DNA of 64,000 nt from Macrostomum lignano. Lineage: Eukaryota. This document shows, in pieces, positions 47,501 through 59,640 of this stretch (position 1 is the stretch's first letter; every line of letters starts with the position of its first letter). Location: NCBI GenBank assembly GCA_002269645.1, contig NIVC01003129.1, positions 1 to 64,000 of the forward strand. Reading direction: 5' to 3'. The notes beneath the pieces are model-generated. The model saw only the letters and a list, made by a program, of their open reading frames with translations. It did no database searches and had not been told where the DNA came from. The position numbers and the translations under genes are program-made.

Positions 47501-49610
47501 CCACTAAAGCTTTACGGGGTGGAAATTCCATCCTGCAAGCAAACCAAGTGTCTCGGCGTTACGCTGGACCACCGGCTGAGCTGGTCCACCCACGTCCAGG
47601 CCAAAACCAAAAAAGCCCTCGCGATTCTTGCGCAGCTGCGCAGAGCCGTCGGCACCACCTGGGGCCTCACCCCAAAGCGTCTCTGGTGGATCTATACCGC
47701 AATGGTCCGACCGGCCGTTACATACGCCGGCCTGGTCTGGACCAGCGCCTTGCAGATTAAAACCTGCCACGAAGCCCTCAAAAAGGTGCAGGGACGTGCG
47801 TGCCGCATGATCCTGAATGCCCCGCTCTCTGCTCCCTTTGACGGCCTCAACGCCTTTCTCTGCCTCCCGCCTCTGGACATCTTTGTCCGTCGCGAGGCTG
47901 CTAAAACCACCCGCCGGCTCATCGAGGCTGGTGTTAGCTTCAAGCCACAAAGAGCGATGGCGAAGCGCAAGCTCCTGCCGCACTCTGACCTGTGCCTTAA
48001 AGTTCTGGAGGAGAGTGGGAGTGCGGCTGTCCTTTCGGACGCTGAACCGCGCTCCCTCAACCTCTACCAACGCTTCAAGGTCACGATCCCCTCCAGGGAG
48101 AACGCCAACGACAGCTGGGCCCCTCAGGAGGTTCACTGCTTCACTGACGGATCCTCCAAAGACGGTTTATCCGGCTTTGGAGTCTGCATCCTTATCAACG
48201 GCCGCGTGATTGCTACTCACGCCCAACACACTGGCAGACTCTCCAGCGTCTTCCAGAATGAAGTCCTTGCCATCAGCTCCTGTGCAGCTGAGCTCCACCG
48301 CAAGGACTTCAAGGACAGAAGAATCTTCTTCCACTCTGACAGCCAGGCCGCTTTACAGGCCCTGTGTCACACCACTACGAACTCCCGAACAGTCCGCGAC
48401 TGTATCGGGCAGCTCAACAAGCTGGCTCGGAGGAACACCGTCCGGCTCACGTGGATCCCAGGACACGCCGGCTTCAAAGGTAACGAGCTCGCCGACTCCC
48501 TCGCTAAGGCGGGCTGTTCCGGCTCGCCCCTTGGCCCCGTGCCCCTGGCCCCCATCCCCGCCACAGTCATTAATCGTCAGATTAACGACTGGGCGGACAT
48601 CCTGCACTTGCGCAGATGGGATGGTATCTCCAACTGCCGCCAATCTCGTGCGGCAGTGCCCAATCCGTCCCTCAAGCTGCGGAGAATCCTTTTGAATCAA
48701 AATCGAAAAGATATCCGCGCTCTCACTATGACCTTCACAGGTCACGGTTGCTTTGCCAGGCACTGCTTCCTCCGATGTGTTCGCCGGAGTGAACTCTGCC
48801 CCTTCTGCAGCCTCGAGAATGAAGATGCCATGCACTTCGTCTGCTACTGCCCGGCCTTCAACCGAGACCGGCTCAACCACCTCGGGCCCAACCCGTCCCT
48901 GGACGACGTTTGCCGGCCCGAGAACATCCCACGGCTCATCCGGTTCCTCCGGGCCACCAAGCGAGCCTCCGTCTTCCCCACCGAAGACAACGCTGCAGAC
49001 AGGACCGGCAGACCTCCCTGACCGGCCCCGCGCCCTAGCCTATGCGGGTCTTTCAGGGATTAGCGGAATGGGCGACGCTCGCCTCCCCGCTGCGTCTTCG
49101 GACCGCCCTGCAGCTAAGTCAAGTAAGTCAAGGGGGTTAATAAGGCCCCAGGCACACAAGAACACAGCGGGAGAGGAGGGGTGGGGGTTAATAAGGCCCC
49201 AGGCACACAAGAACACAGTGGCAGTGGGAAACAAGAAACCGCGCTATTAATGCAAAGCTTCCAAAGAACCCCGCTCTTACCACCCTGGCAGGCAGGATAC
49301 GGAGCTGCTGCCCAAGTGCTACCAGCCGCACGGTCTATCAACCCGAGGAGTTTGCCTGTGCACCGAGTGCTCCAACGACCTGCACTGCCACCGCCAGTCC
49401 CGCTGTCCGCACTCGCTGACAGGCCAGTGCGTCAGCGAGCATTCAGTGAAGACCTGCCGCTGCGGGCAATTCCGCCATGACTACAGCAAGATGGGAGATA
49501 GCGGCAGCAGAGAGCGATCCAGTGTTGACTGGAACTCCCTGTTGGACTATTTGATCTGTCGCAACATTTTGCTGCGCAGGTTGCTGTCTGATTCCGTGCA
49601 GTGTAGCTGA
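44502..49610 (+). CDS. Secreted Cys-rich protein (205 aa); exons 44502-44800, 49292-49610
   Basis: Signal peptide MHGFGYLLVMLGSLSIVLQLLAAFGSA, acidic pro-like region, and two modules C-x5-C-x5/6-C...C...CxC. The phase-2 GT-AG intron is consistent. Confidence 0.8.
44845..49220. repeat. ~51-bp minisatellite (44845-45655 and 49132-49220), split by the LINE
   Basis: GGGGTGGAGGTTAATAAGGCCCCAGGCACACAAGAACACAGCGGGAGAGGA. Confidence 0.93.
45656..49131 (+). mobile_element. Young 5'-truncated non-LTR retrotransposon (partial APE + RT + RNase H, intact 1116-aa ORF 45671-49021)
   Basis: APE motifs VAGDINAHH..WGS and SDH; RT motifs PQGGVLSP..WN and GYADD; RNase H motifs FTDGS, EVLAI, SDSQAAL, WIPGHAG..GNELAD; C-terminal Cys/His. 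Tail AGTCAAGTAAGTCAA and TSD GGGGGTTAATA (45645-45655, 49132-49142). Architecture resembles the LOA/R1/I groups; clade not assigned. Confidence 0.97.
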
Positions 49611-49859
49611 ATGTGTTAGTAAATTTATAATGAAGATTGCTAAACTCACTCATTTTCAAAGTTCTAATATACATGAAATTTGACGAAGGGACATTTTTAT
49701 GGCTTTTTTAATTTATCCGCCTAACAGAGAGCATGCGGAGCTTTTTTCAACATTATAACAACCAAGGAAGAGACAGAAAGCTAATTCTGGAGACCAACCA
49801 TTCTACTCTGCACTCCAGTAGTCTGCAGCGCTTTTGTGACTATAATTCAAGGAAGGAGT

Positions 49860-50385
49860 AGACTGAATGAGAAAGGATTCGAATGGATGAGATCTAGAAG
49901 GGAGTAGAATGGATGAGAAGAGATCAGAATGGATGAGAAGAGATCAGAATGGATGAGAATGGAGTAGAATGGATTAAAAGAGATCAGAATGGATGAGAAG
50001 GGAGTAGAATGGATTAGAAGAGATCAGAATGGATGAGAAGGGAGTAGAATGGATTTGAATGAGTAGACTGGATGTGAATTGAGTAGACTGGATGTGAATT
50101 GAGTAGAATGGATTTTCATGGAGTAGACTGGATGTGAATTGAGTAGAATGGATTTTCATGGAGTAGACTGGATGTGAATGGAGTAGACTGGTTTTGAATG
50201 GAGTAAACTGGATGTGAATGCAGTAGACTGGTTGTGAATGGAGTAGACTGGATGTGAATGGAGTAGACTGGTTGTGAATGGAGTAGACTGGATGTGAATG
50301 GAGTAGACTGGTTGTGAATGGAGTAGACTGGATGTGAATGGAGTAGACTGGATGTGAATGGAGTAGAATGGATGAAAAGGGAGTA
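49860..50385. repeat. ~20-bp minisatellite
   Basis: GAATGGAGTAGACTGGATGT variants. Confidence 0.93.
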
Positions 50386-50556
50386 GAAAGTCTGAATGTC
50401 CCAAATGATTTTTTAGCTGTCATAACGCAAGCACTGCTTTCATTCAGTGTAGAATAGGTACAGAGGATAAGCACACATCGCCGCGGTGTTTGATTTGTAT
50501 TGTATTTACCATAACACAGCTTACACAAATAAAATAGTAAATGAACACTGCTTGGG

Positions 50557-50802
50557 TCACCAGAAGCAGCCGGTGCAGCAATACTTCTTGCTGGCCGGCT
50601 CCAGATGGCAGGGCTGGCTCCAGCCGTCAGGGCAGGCGGTCTCGCAGTCCTCCATTGTCGGCCTGCAGACCTGCGTGTAGATGCAGGAGAAGGTCAGCCT
50701 GCTGGGCTGCTTTGACTTTTCTTGCTGCTGCTTCTGCTGGTCAGCGGAAGAGACCAGGCTGCCAATGACAAACAGATAGGCCATAATTCTGCACATTTCC
50801 AT
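50557..50802 (-). CDS. Small secreted 8-Cys peptide precursor (81 aa)
   Basis: MEMCRIMAYLFVIGSLVSSA-DQQKQQQEKSKQPSR-LTFSCIYTQVCRPTMEDCETACPDGWSQPCHLEPASKKYCCTGCFW*. An AG acceptor lies just upstream of the ATG. Confidence 0.78.
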   Translation of the reverse strand: MEMCRIMAYLFVIGSLVSSADQQKQQQEKSKQPSRLTFSCIYTQVCRPTMEDCETACPDGWSQPCHLEPASKKYCCTGCFW

Positions 50803-50984
50803 GCTGATGAGAATTCTGCCCCAGAGCTGAGGGATATTCTATAGGTGTTGGCGTATAGACCGTTTTTGAAACTTTGCCATAGATGATTCTCGGCAGGACG
50901 GACGGGTGCCCAGGGTGAGAGCAAAACACTCAGGTGTTCCTAAGACTATGTATCAGTATATACCGTTTATTCACAGATTGTTTT

Positions 50985-52340
50985 CCTTGAGATTGCCTTG
51001 AGATTGCCTTTATATTGCCTTTATATTGCCTTGAGATTGCCTTTATATTGCCTTTATATTGCCTTGAGATTGCCTTGAGATTGCCTTTAAATTGCTTTGA
51101 GATTGCCTTGAGATTGCCTTGAGATTGTCTTAAGATTGCCAGGGCGTCTTGAGGTTGTGTGTCTGGACTTCTTGAGGTTGTGTGTCTGGACTTCTTGAGG
51201 TTGTGTGTCTGGACTTCTTGAGGTTGTGTGTCTGGACTTCTTGAGGTTGTGTGTCTGGACTTCTTGAGGTTGTGTGCCTGGACTTCTTGAGGTTGTGTGC
51301 CTGGACTTCTTGAGGTTGTGTGCCTGGACTTCTTGAGGTTGTGTGCCTGGATGTCTTGAGGTTGTGTGCCTGGGCGTCTTGAGGTTGTGTGCCAGGATGT
51401 CTTGAGGTTGTGTGTCTGGACTTCTTGAGGTTGTGTGCCTGGACGTCTTGAGGTTGTGTGTCTGGACTTCTTGAGGTTGTGTGTCTGGACTTCTTGAGGT
51501 TGTGTGCCTGGACTTCTTGAGGTTGTGTGCCAGGATGTCTTGAGGTTGTGTGTCTGGACTTCTTGAGGTTGTGTGTCTGGACTTCTTGAGGTTGTGTGCC
51601 TGGACTTCTTGAGGTTGTGTGCCTGGACTTCTTGAGGTTGTGTGCCAGGATGTCTTGAGGTTGTGTGCCTGGGCGTCTTGAGGTTGTGTGCCAGGATGTC
51701 TTGAGGTTGTGTGTCTGGACTTCTTGAGGTTGTGTGTCTGGACGTCTTGAGGTTGTGTGTCTGGGCGTCTTGAGGTTGTGTGCCAGGATGTCTTGAGGTT
51801 GTGTGTCTGGACTTCTTGAGGTTGTGTGCCTGGACTTCTTGAGGTTGTGTGCCTGGACTTCTTGAGGTTGTGTGCCAGGATGTCTTGAGGTTGTGTGCCT
51901 GGGCGTCTTGAGGTTGTGTGCCAGGATGTCTTGAGGTTGTGTGTCTGGACTTCTTGAGGTTGTGTGTCTGGACGTCTTGAGGTTGTGTGTCTGGGCGTCT
52001 TGAGGTTGTGTGCCAGGATGTCTTGAGGTTGTGTGTCTGGACTTCTTGAGGTTGTGTGCCTGGACGTCTTGAGGTTGTGTGCCAGGATGTCTTGAGGTTG
52101 TGTGTCTGGACTTCTTGAGGTTGTGTGCCTGGACTTCTTGAGGTTGTGTGCCAGGACGTCTTGAGGTTGTGTGCCAGGATGTCTTGAGGTTGTGTGCCAG
52201 GATGTCTTGAGGTTGTGTGCCAGGATGTCTTGAGGTTGTGTGCCAGGATGTCTTGTGGTTGTGTGCCTGGGTGTCTTGTGGTTGTGTGCCTGGGCGTCTT
52301 ATGCCTTTCATCCGTCCGTGTGTCTTGAGGTTGTGTGTCT
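50985..52340. repeat. 11-bp repeat followed by 23-bp minisatellite
   Basis: GAGATTGCCTT (to ~51140), then TTGAGGTTGTGTGTCTGGACTTC. Confidence 0.95.
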
Positions 52341-53076
52341 TTGTGATTTAAAGTTGCGTTCTCGAGTATCTGGAGACATTGTGTCTCGTGTCCTGAGGTT
52401 GGAGATTGATGGGGTTCCAAAATATTCCTTCTCTCGTAAGACAGTTTCGGCGTTGCTTCGGTTTTGAGAAATTATGAGTATTTTTCCTATATTTTTTGCG
52501 CTCCAGGTGAATAATAAAAAATATCCCAAGGCGAGAGACGGTGCCCATCAATTAAACAAATTGGCATCGCTCGGCCCAATCAATAACAGCCAAGCAACTA
52601 ATGCCAATTAATTATTAAAGAGAGCTGCAGCCCCCCTCATTCCACGGCTCATTGTTGTCCAGTTTGGGAAAAACTCAACTCAGCTTTGGCAGAAATAATT
52701 GGTTTTTCAGCAGCTGGAAAAGCTGGAAAAGTCTCTGAAAGCAAATCTGCTGGCTGCCTCTCAGTTCTATAATATTTATAAATAAATATAATAAATGTAT
52801 AAATGTATAAATATAATAAATATTTATATATATTTATAACAACATAATGCTTTATTAGAATGCATACTTTTAGCTCGTACTTATTATGAAATACGAGGCA
52901 GCGACGAAAAGTTTTAAGGAACAGCGCTTCTGGATTGGAAATTCTACGAGTTATGGATTTGTTTTTTCAATAGTCCAAACACAAACATCCAGAAGCAAAA
53001 GGACTGCGAGCACCCCGACGGAACGCCTTCGGAGACATTGTCCCCCTACCACAACCAGAGCTGAGGCAACTCTGCC

Positions 53077-53389
53077 CAGGGGCCCGTGCTATAGAATACT
53101 CTTAACTCCTAAATCCTTAAGAGTGTCCTAACTCCTAGCTCCTAGCTGGCTTTTCTGTGCTATAGAATCAATAGTAAATTTTAAGAGCTAGGAGGCTCCT
53201 TAAGGACGCTACGAGACTCCTGGGTGAATTTAGGAGAACTCATTGAGGTCCGTGGCATGCTATAGAATTCAATCCTTAAGGACCGTAAAGTTAGGATTGT
53301 GATATAGCACACAATTCTCTATCATCCTGAAACGATTGCGCAACACTCCTCCTAACTCCTAACTCCTGATTCTATAGCACGGGTCCCTG
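53077..53389. mobile_element. MITE with ~21-bp TIRs (Harbinger-like ends)
   Basis: CAGGGGCCCGTGCTATAGAAT / ATTCTATAGCACGGGTCCCTG, with internal copies of TGCTATAGAAT. No clean direct TSD. Confidence 0.75.
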
Positions 53390-53696
53390 CCCATTCCGTT
53401 GACCCCTGAGCACATACAAGCGCAGACATACGCACAGGCACACACTGCCACAGGAGTGGCGCTAATTTTATTTATCGTTAGGCATGTACGCTTTACTGTG
53501 CATTGGGGGTTGGCCTTCAAGGGCGTTGATTGCGCGAACAGAGCCAAACCGGCCTGGGCCGCTGGTACATCAAAGTGCCGCGCTAGACCACTGGGCTACG
53601 CCCCCCCCACACCAATACTTTGCGCACGAATATGCACTCATACACACGCTCACGCAGGGTGTACAGCGGCCCTGGCTTTCTAATCGTCAGCATGTA

Positions 53697-54035
53697 CGGC
53701 ATGTACACTCTCTGGTGTGGGGGCTGGCTCTCATGGGTGTGAATCGCCATGTACACTCTCTGGTGTGGGGGCTGGCTCTCATGGGTGTGAATCGCCATGT
53801 ACACTCTCTGGTGTGGGGGCTGGCTCTCATGGGTGTGAATCGCCATGTACACTCTCTGATGTGGGAGCTGGCTCTCACGGGTGTGAATTGCCATGTACAC
53901 TCTCTGGTGTGGGGGCTGGCTCTCATGGGTGTGAATCGCCATGTACACTCTCTGGTGTGGGGGCTGGCTCTCATGGGTGTGAATCGCCATGTACACTCTC
54001 TGGTGTGGGGGCTGGCTCTCATGGGTGTGAATCGC
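53697..54035. repeat. 48-bp minisatellite next to a CAGGGTGTACAGCG element end (53655)
   Basis: CATGTACACTCTCTGGTGTGGGGGCTGGCTCTCATGGGTGTGAATCGC. Confidence 0.95.
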
Positions 54036-54290
54036 ACGACAACGCCCCAACCAATTTTCGTGCGCAAGCTCCAAATGAATGCGGCATGCACGGATTCAAC
54101 CGTGGCGCAAGAGTCAGACAATTTTAACCATGAGCTGCTTTGACATCCTTAGCAGCAAAATTTTGACGGAATAAACGCTGGAAGCCAAACACGGTTGACT
54201 GACTGGATTGTGTAGCTGAATATGAATCAATATTTGCTAAACTGTCTCTCTAGCAGAACAATGGAGCGAATTCGTGAAAGCTGTGGAGTT

Positions 54291-56414
54291 TTACCAAGCT
54301 CTCAAAGCAAGCTTTGTGTGTCCCGTCAAGGTTGGGTGCACGGGGGGCTGCTGCTGACGTTGCAGGCTCCCTAACGGCGAGGACAATAGAGGACTTATCG
54401 TTTTGTCGATGACCTGCCGGCTGTCGCTGATGACGACGCAATGCTGCTCGTCAGAGGTGACTGACGGCATACTTTTATTGCTGCTGTCAAGCCATGGAAA
54501 GCATGCGGAAGACATCCTAACCTTCACCCACGATAAATAAGAAGAAATTTCGCAAACTTCGCACTCTAGTGTTCGGATCGAGCGTTTTGAACAGAGGCCA
54601 TAATACTGTCAGTAGTGCTTACATATATTTACTGTAGAGTAATAATAAGCTTTCAACTACGAGCTCTACAGTACGCGAGCATTTACACAGCAAAACGTAC
54701 ATTTAAATGTAACGTCTGCATTTCCTGTTTCGGTTCAAGATTGTAATATAATTTATCTGTTCGAGGGGATAAATACAAATTCAGGTAACTTATTGCACTG
54801 AAATACTTTACTGAATTTTTTAACTAAAATTAAGTAACATAGTTCACGCAATAAGGCAAAGCATTCTAATTACTTTCGGCGTGAACGCCTCCTCAGGGTT
54901 GGAGCTCCGGGACTTCGCCTGCGGCACAGCCACATGGCCGAGCCAAGCATGCTGCCCAGCTGGCTCACGGTGCGGTCCAGCCTGGCCGTGATAGACCGCA
55001 GCTGCCATTGCGTTGGCTGAGCTTCGAGCTTCAAGTTCAGATTACTCTGGTTGCGCGCCGGGCCCCGAGTGGCTTCTGGCTTCGCCGGCACCGGCTGCGA
55101 GGTCGGCCTTCGGCCTCGGTCTGAACGGTCCGATCGAGACTTTCTGCGGCTTGCGCTTTCGCCCCCGTTGTGGTCGGCGCTGAAGCTGCTGCAGCCGTCG
55201 CAATCTCGCTCCGACAGGTTCTTCTTGATGGCATCGATGCGGCTCTTCAAGCTGCTGAGAGTTGTCAATAGAACGGCATTCGAGCTGCCAACCTTCCGCG
55301 CTTGAGACCGATCTTCGGTACAGAGCACTCTCTGAAACACGATGTCCTCTCTGATCTTACTCGCTTTGTTTTTCTTATCTGAGTTGCTGCTCAGTTCCGG
55401 GACATCACTGTCGATAGTCGCGCTGCTGTCACTTCTGCTGTACGGAGACGACATGCTGTTGACGTTCTGCTCGACGAACTGCTGGTAGTTTTTCTTCAAT
55501 AATATTAGGTCGACGTCAATCAGCGGCTGTTCGTTCCCAGAAGCTTTGGCAGCCGTGTTGGCTTTGAACGGAGCTTGGGTCGCAGGTTTTGCTGACTCAA
55601 CAGCTGATTTTGCTGCTAAAGCCTTTGGCGCACTCCCGACTTTGCCAACACAGACAGTGGACGCGAAGCACACCTGCCTGTCAGCCGCAGCTGCGCATGC
55701 AAAACTCCACTCCGACATCGAGTTACTGCGCATAGACGTTGCGTTTAGTTTTTGGTGCGGCCTCGTCTCGAATATCGTCGTCGGACTGCCGGATGGCGTC
55801 TGCATGTTGTGGCACTCTTGATGCAGCGGGATCGACAGGAACCTCTGCTCTCCGAAGCCTATTCGCCGGCTGTCACCGCAGCATCGCACTTCGCTGCTAG
55901 TTGTGTCCAACTGCATCTCGATGGCGCTCAATGAGCGACACCTACTGGATTTGCGAGCACAGTCTGGCTTAGCGGACCGGTCTTCCCGAGCCTTGTCCAT
56001 ATCGATGAGGGCTAGCAGAAGTCGGTGAATCTCCCAGAGCTGACGGATAATGGCCGAGCGAAACATGCCAAGCCGTTGGTGCGGCGGTCGGTGATTTTTG
56101 CCGTGAAGACACCGACGATCTCGCTCAGTCCAGGTGGATGTCATCACGGCTGCTGCAGCGTTGCTGGCGTTGTGGCTCCGATGTCGCCTACAGAGCAGAC
56201 AGAAGCTCTGAATAGCAGTCAGGGCCTCCAGCTGCATGTCTGTTAGCCGGGAGAGTTTCCGGGCCCGCACGAGAGCACAGGCCGGTTCCGTGAGCCAGCA
56301 GTTGCAGCATTTGCCGTCTTTCTGGCTGGAGCTTTTGAGTGAGCTGCTTAGCAGTGTTCGACAGTCCGAGACACTGGCGAGCAGCCCAAGCAGCTGCTGC
56401 CACTGCGTCGCCAT
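54291..56414 (-). CDS. Hypothetical protein; long exon 56414-54874, possible last exon 54516-54291
   Basis: 514-codon non-repetitive ORF. The GTAATT donor and TTAG acceptor are phase-compatible; otherwise the ORF ends at 54870. No family recognised. Confidence 0.6.
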
Positions 56415-57104
56415 GCTTCAAGCAGCAGAGCTTTGCCCAAAGCAAAAACTTTCTCGTGGGGATTTTGTAAAACTGCAGATGCTATTATTTACAGCTGGGG
56501 TCTGCATTGCTCGAATGGAACCATTCCTGCAAAAATTTAGCTTTGCTCCTTACTACTGTGGCTTTAGCAGAGGCAAAAGCTGCAATGTGACCATAGAATA
56601 CGGTCTTTCGTTACGCCAAGGCACTTTTAAGCAAAACAGGATGTTTGCTTAACTATGAATGCTATGGCTATGGAAACCCTTATTACCGACATGAATCTGA
56701 AGGCACAAAAAATTGGGTAACCTAACACCCAAATAACCAAGCACAACTTGACAGGAAAGAGGAAACCCTTTATATAAACGCGGATGCGCATTTTTAAAGC
56801 AACCGGAACACCTCAACCCAAGACAAAGGTGGACAAAAAGGATTGGGAAGAGAGAGGGTCAGAGTAGAAAAGGCACGATGACTCGAAGCATTCCAAAAAG
56901 GTCGATCTCCGCAGTCTGGCATTGAAGATCCCTCAGCCGGAGCAGTTTGTCTCTTCTCGGGAGATCCTCTGGTCAAGGTCGTTGGTGCCCTGCAGGACAG
57001 GCGCTGGTGCCGTTCGGATTCCCTTCATGGTGCTCCATGCTGCTGCTGGTGCTGCCTTCATCGCTCTGACAAGCGTGTGTGAGTTGGCTTGGTTCTGTGA
57101 CAAA

Positions 57105-57506
57105 CTGGCCTAGTCCAGTCTGGTCTGCAACTCTCGCTTGCAACCGCCATTAAGCAGAGCCATGGCCTAGTCCAGTCTGGTCTGCAACTCTCGCTTGCAA
57201 CCGCCATTAAGCAGAGCCATGGCCTAGTCCAGTCTGGTCTGCAACTCTCGCTTGCAACCGCCATTAAGCAGAGCCATGGCCTAGTCCAGTCTGGTCTGCA
57301 ACTCTCGCTTGCAACCGCCATTAAGCAGAGCCATGGCCTAGTCCAGTCTGGTCTGCAACTCTCGCTTGCAACCGCCATTAAGCAGAGCCATGGCCTAGTC
57401 CAGTCTGGTCTGCAACTCTCGCTTGCAACCGCCATTAAGCAGAGCCATGGCCTAGTCCAGTCTGGTCTGCAACTCTCGCTTGCAACCGCCATTAAGCAGA
57501 GCCATG
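57105..57506. repeat. 57-bp minisatellite (7 near-identical units)
   Basis: GGCCTAGTCCAGTCTGGTCTGCAACTCTCGCTTGCAACCGCCATTAAGCAGAGCCAT. Confidence 0.95.
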
Positions 57507-58081
57507 CAGTTGTTGGTGTGGACGGTCGCAAATTCTCAAAGCTGTGCAGCCAGTGTAAATTAGCAGCATCAGCCATTACAGACTAGGCTGGTCAGGGCAG
57601 GTAGTCACGGACAGAGGAGTTAAAACCCCGGCCACGGAGGGGTGTAGGGCGCAGGGCAAAGGCGCTGTGTTAGGGTAGGTGTTTACAAACAGTCAGCACA
57701 CACCGATCGGACACTAAAGCCTTAGTTGGGCACCGTAAAGCGTCACTCGAGCTCGCACATCACTCGCCCTGGGGTCTATATCAACGGCACTTCATTTGTT
57801 AAAATTTGTCGAATTGTCGAGGTACGAGTTGGGGGATGAAGTTACCAACGTGGAATTATGCAAGGAAAACAGCGAAAGAGCGTCCGGCATCAACAAAGTG
57901 AAGCCAACGCTCGTGAATACGCTCGCGAATACGCTCGTGAAGCCAACAGTTTGATATATTTTTACAATCAAGAGTTTGTAGAACTTTCAACGTTTATTTT
58001 GCAATTTCAAGCAAAACTTGTAAACGGAAACGTTAAACTAAGCTGTCAGGTCAGCTGTCATATCTCATCTTGAAGGATCTT

Positions 58082-59640
58082 TTACAAGCCGCTCGAAACC
58101 GGTGACAGGCCAAACCACATAATGCAGTGCAGATGGATGGCGATGTACAGAGGAACTATAGCCATCAGAGTGATTAGATAGACGTCTTCCTTAAGGACTG
58201 AAACGTGATCGCACACTGGCGCTTTAGATCTTTTCAGAACCTTGCATGCAAAGAGCCGAGAGGCCAACAATTAAGAGACAATATTTTTCCTTTTTAATTT
58301 TTTTATCTCAAAGACCTGCTCAGGCTGACGATAAAAAGAAAGTCATCGCAGGAAAAGCAGAAACTAAGCGTCGAATACTGAAAATGGGAAAGCCCAGCAT
58401 GATTGCCAGAAACTCACACTTGTATCTCCAACCAGCGTAGTTTTTAAAATCCTCCTTCTGGATTTTCGCCCTGCTGTTGTTGATCCAGGACCGCAGGAAC
58501 AAATAGGAGTGCACTGCAATTCAAGCGAGTGTTGTCTACTCATTGGTTACAAGGTTTGTCTGCGATTCGACTCACTGAAAACATGGAAATTTGCCTGTTA
58601 CAAATGAAAAAGACAGTTGCTGTACTGCGCTCACTTTTGCTGTTGCACTGGACATCGCCGAAGCCCAGACGGGCAGGGCAGCGGTACACCCACAGGGTCA
58701 GCGGGTGCCAGTTTTTATTCAACAAAAGTTTTGCCGCGTCCAGCGACTTACTGCCGTGCAAATCCATAGGAATGCTTTTCTGAATCTGCTTGATCTCCTC
58801 GGCAGACGCAGAGAAGTCCATATTGATGTAGGAGCTTGTAGTTGGCAGTTCGTTGACCTCGGATCGGTTCATGAGCCGGGCGAATACATAGGTTGTGTCG
58901 CGAATCACAGAGGGAGATAAAAAGTTGGGGTTGGAGCAGTGCTGCTTAGCGTTTAGATCCACAAGCAGCTGCATGCCATTCGGCCTGCTTTCATAAACTT
59001 GGATAAGGTTTTGAAGTTTTTTCCATGATGCGCTGTCGACCTAAAGGTTCAACCATGATGACAAAATCATTATCTACGAGTCATTATCACAACTTTGCAG
59101 AAGTATGAAGCGGACTTTTTCTGACTGACAAAACGAGTAAAAATTATTTCTGAATACCAAAACACAATTGATAATTATTCATAAAATTCACTCACGAAAC
59201 CCGTCAGAAGCGATCGTGAGTTGCTGAATCTAAGAGGTAAAATTTGAGTAAATCAATGACTTAAATTGATGGATGGCAATGGATGACGACTGACAGTCCT
59301 TTCAAAAATAAACAATATCTTAATTGATTTCGAACCTGAGAAACTGGACGCGCCCGTCGGAGCTTACGATGGCCTCGATGTAGCAGTAGCCCGACCTGTC
59401 TTTCCAGTCCTTCTTCAATGCGTCGGCGTGCAGGCGCATGCTGATGCGATCGACCATCAGGCTCTGAGCAGTCACTGACAGCAGTGAGTGAAACTTGGAG
59501 ATAAAGCAGTCGCTTTTGTCAGACCCGTTGCAGTCGTAGAACGCATTGAGACAGTCTGGATTCTTTTTTTGACAGCACGCGAGAGGAACGAGGCTGATTA
59601 ACGCCGCTACTGAAATCACGCGATACGTTCGATTTAGCAT
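58082..59640 (-). CDS. Hypothetical secreted/membrane protein; exons 59640-59336, 59223-59196, 59040-~58570, later exons uncertain
   Basis: Signal peptide MLNRTYRVISVAALISLVPLACC. A 28-nt microexon with a perfect GTGAGT donor fixes the phase. The ORF at 58082-58270 contains a TM-like segment. Confidence 0.55.

Noticed and set aside
56860-57100. Possible UGA read-through or selenocysteine joining two protein-like stretches on the minus strand
   Set aside because: No SECIS recognised, no selenoprotein motif, and the exon's parent gene and frame are undetermined.
30190-57506. CRISPR-like appearance of the 41-, 48- and 57-bp arrays
   Set aside because: Units are head-to-tail with no unique spacers, there are no cas genes, and the context is eukaryotic.
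11521-57576. Many long ORFs in the supplied track over tandem repeats (e.g. 11521-12546, 16290-16808, 22261-22920, 25591-26886, 27466-28914, 31458-32162, 37440-38579, 50930-52420, 57058-57576)
   Set aside because: They are translations of minisatellites, are open in several frames or strands, and mostly lie inside introns whose removal restores conserved proteins.
57725-57750. CCGTAAAG as a possible spliced-leader RNA gene
   Set aside because: Only a short match, with no downstream AUG|GT donor or Sm site.
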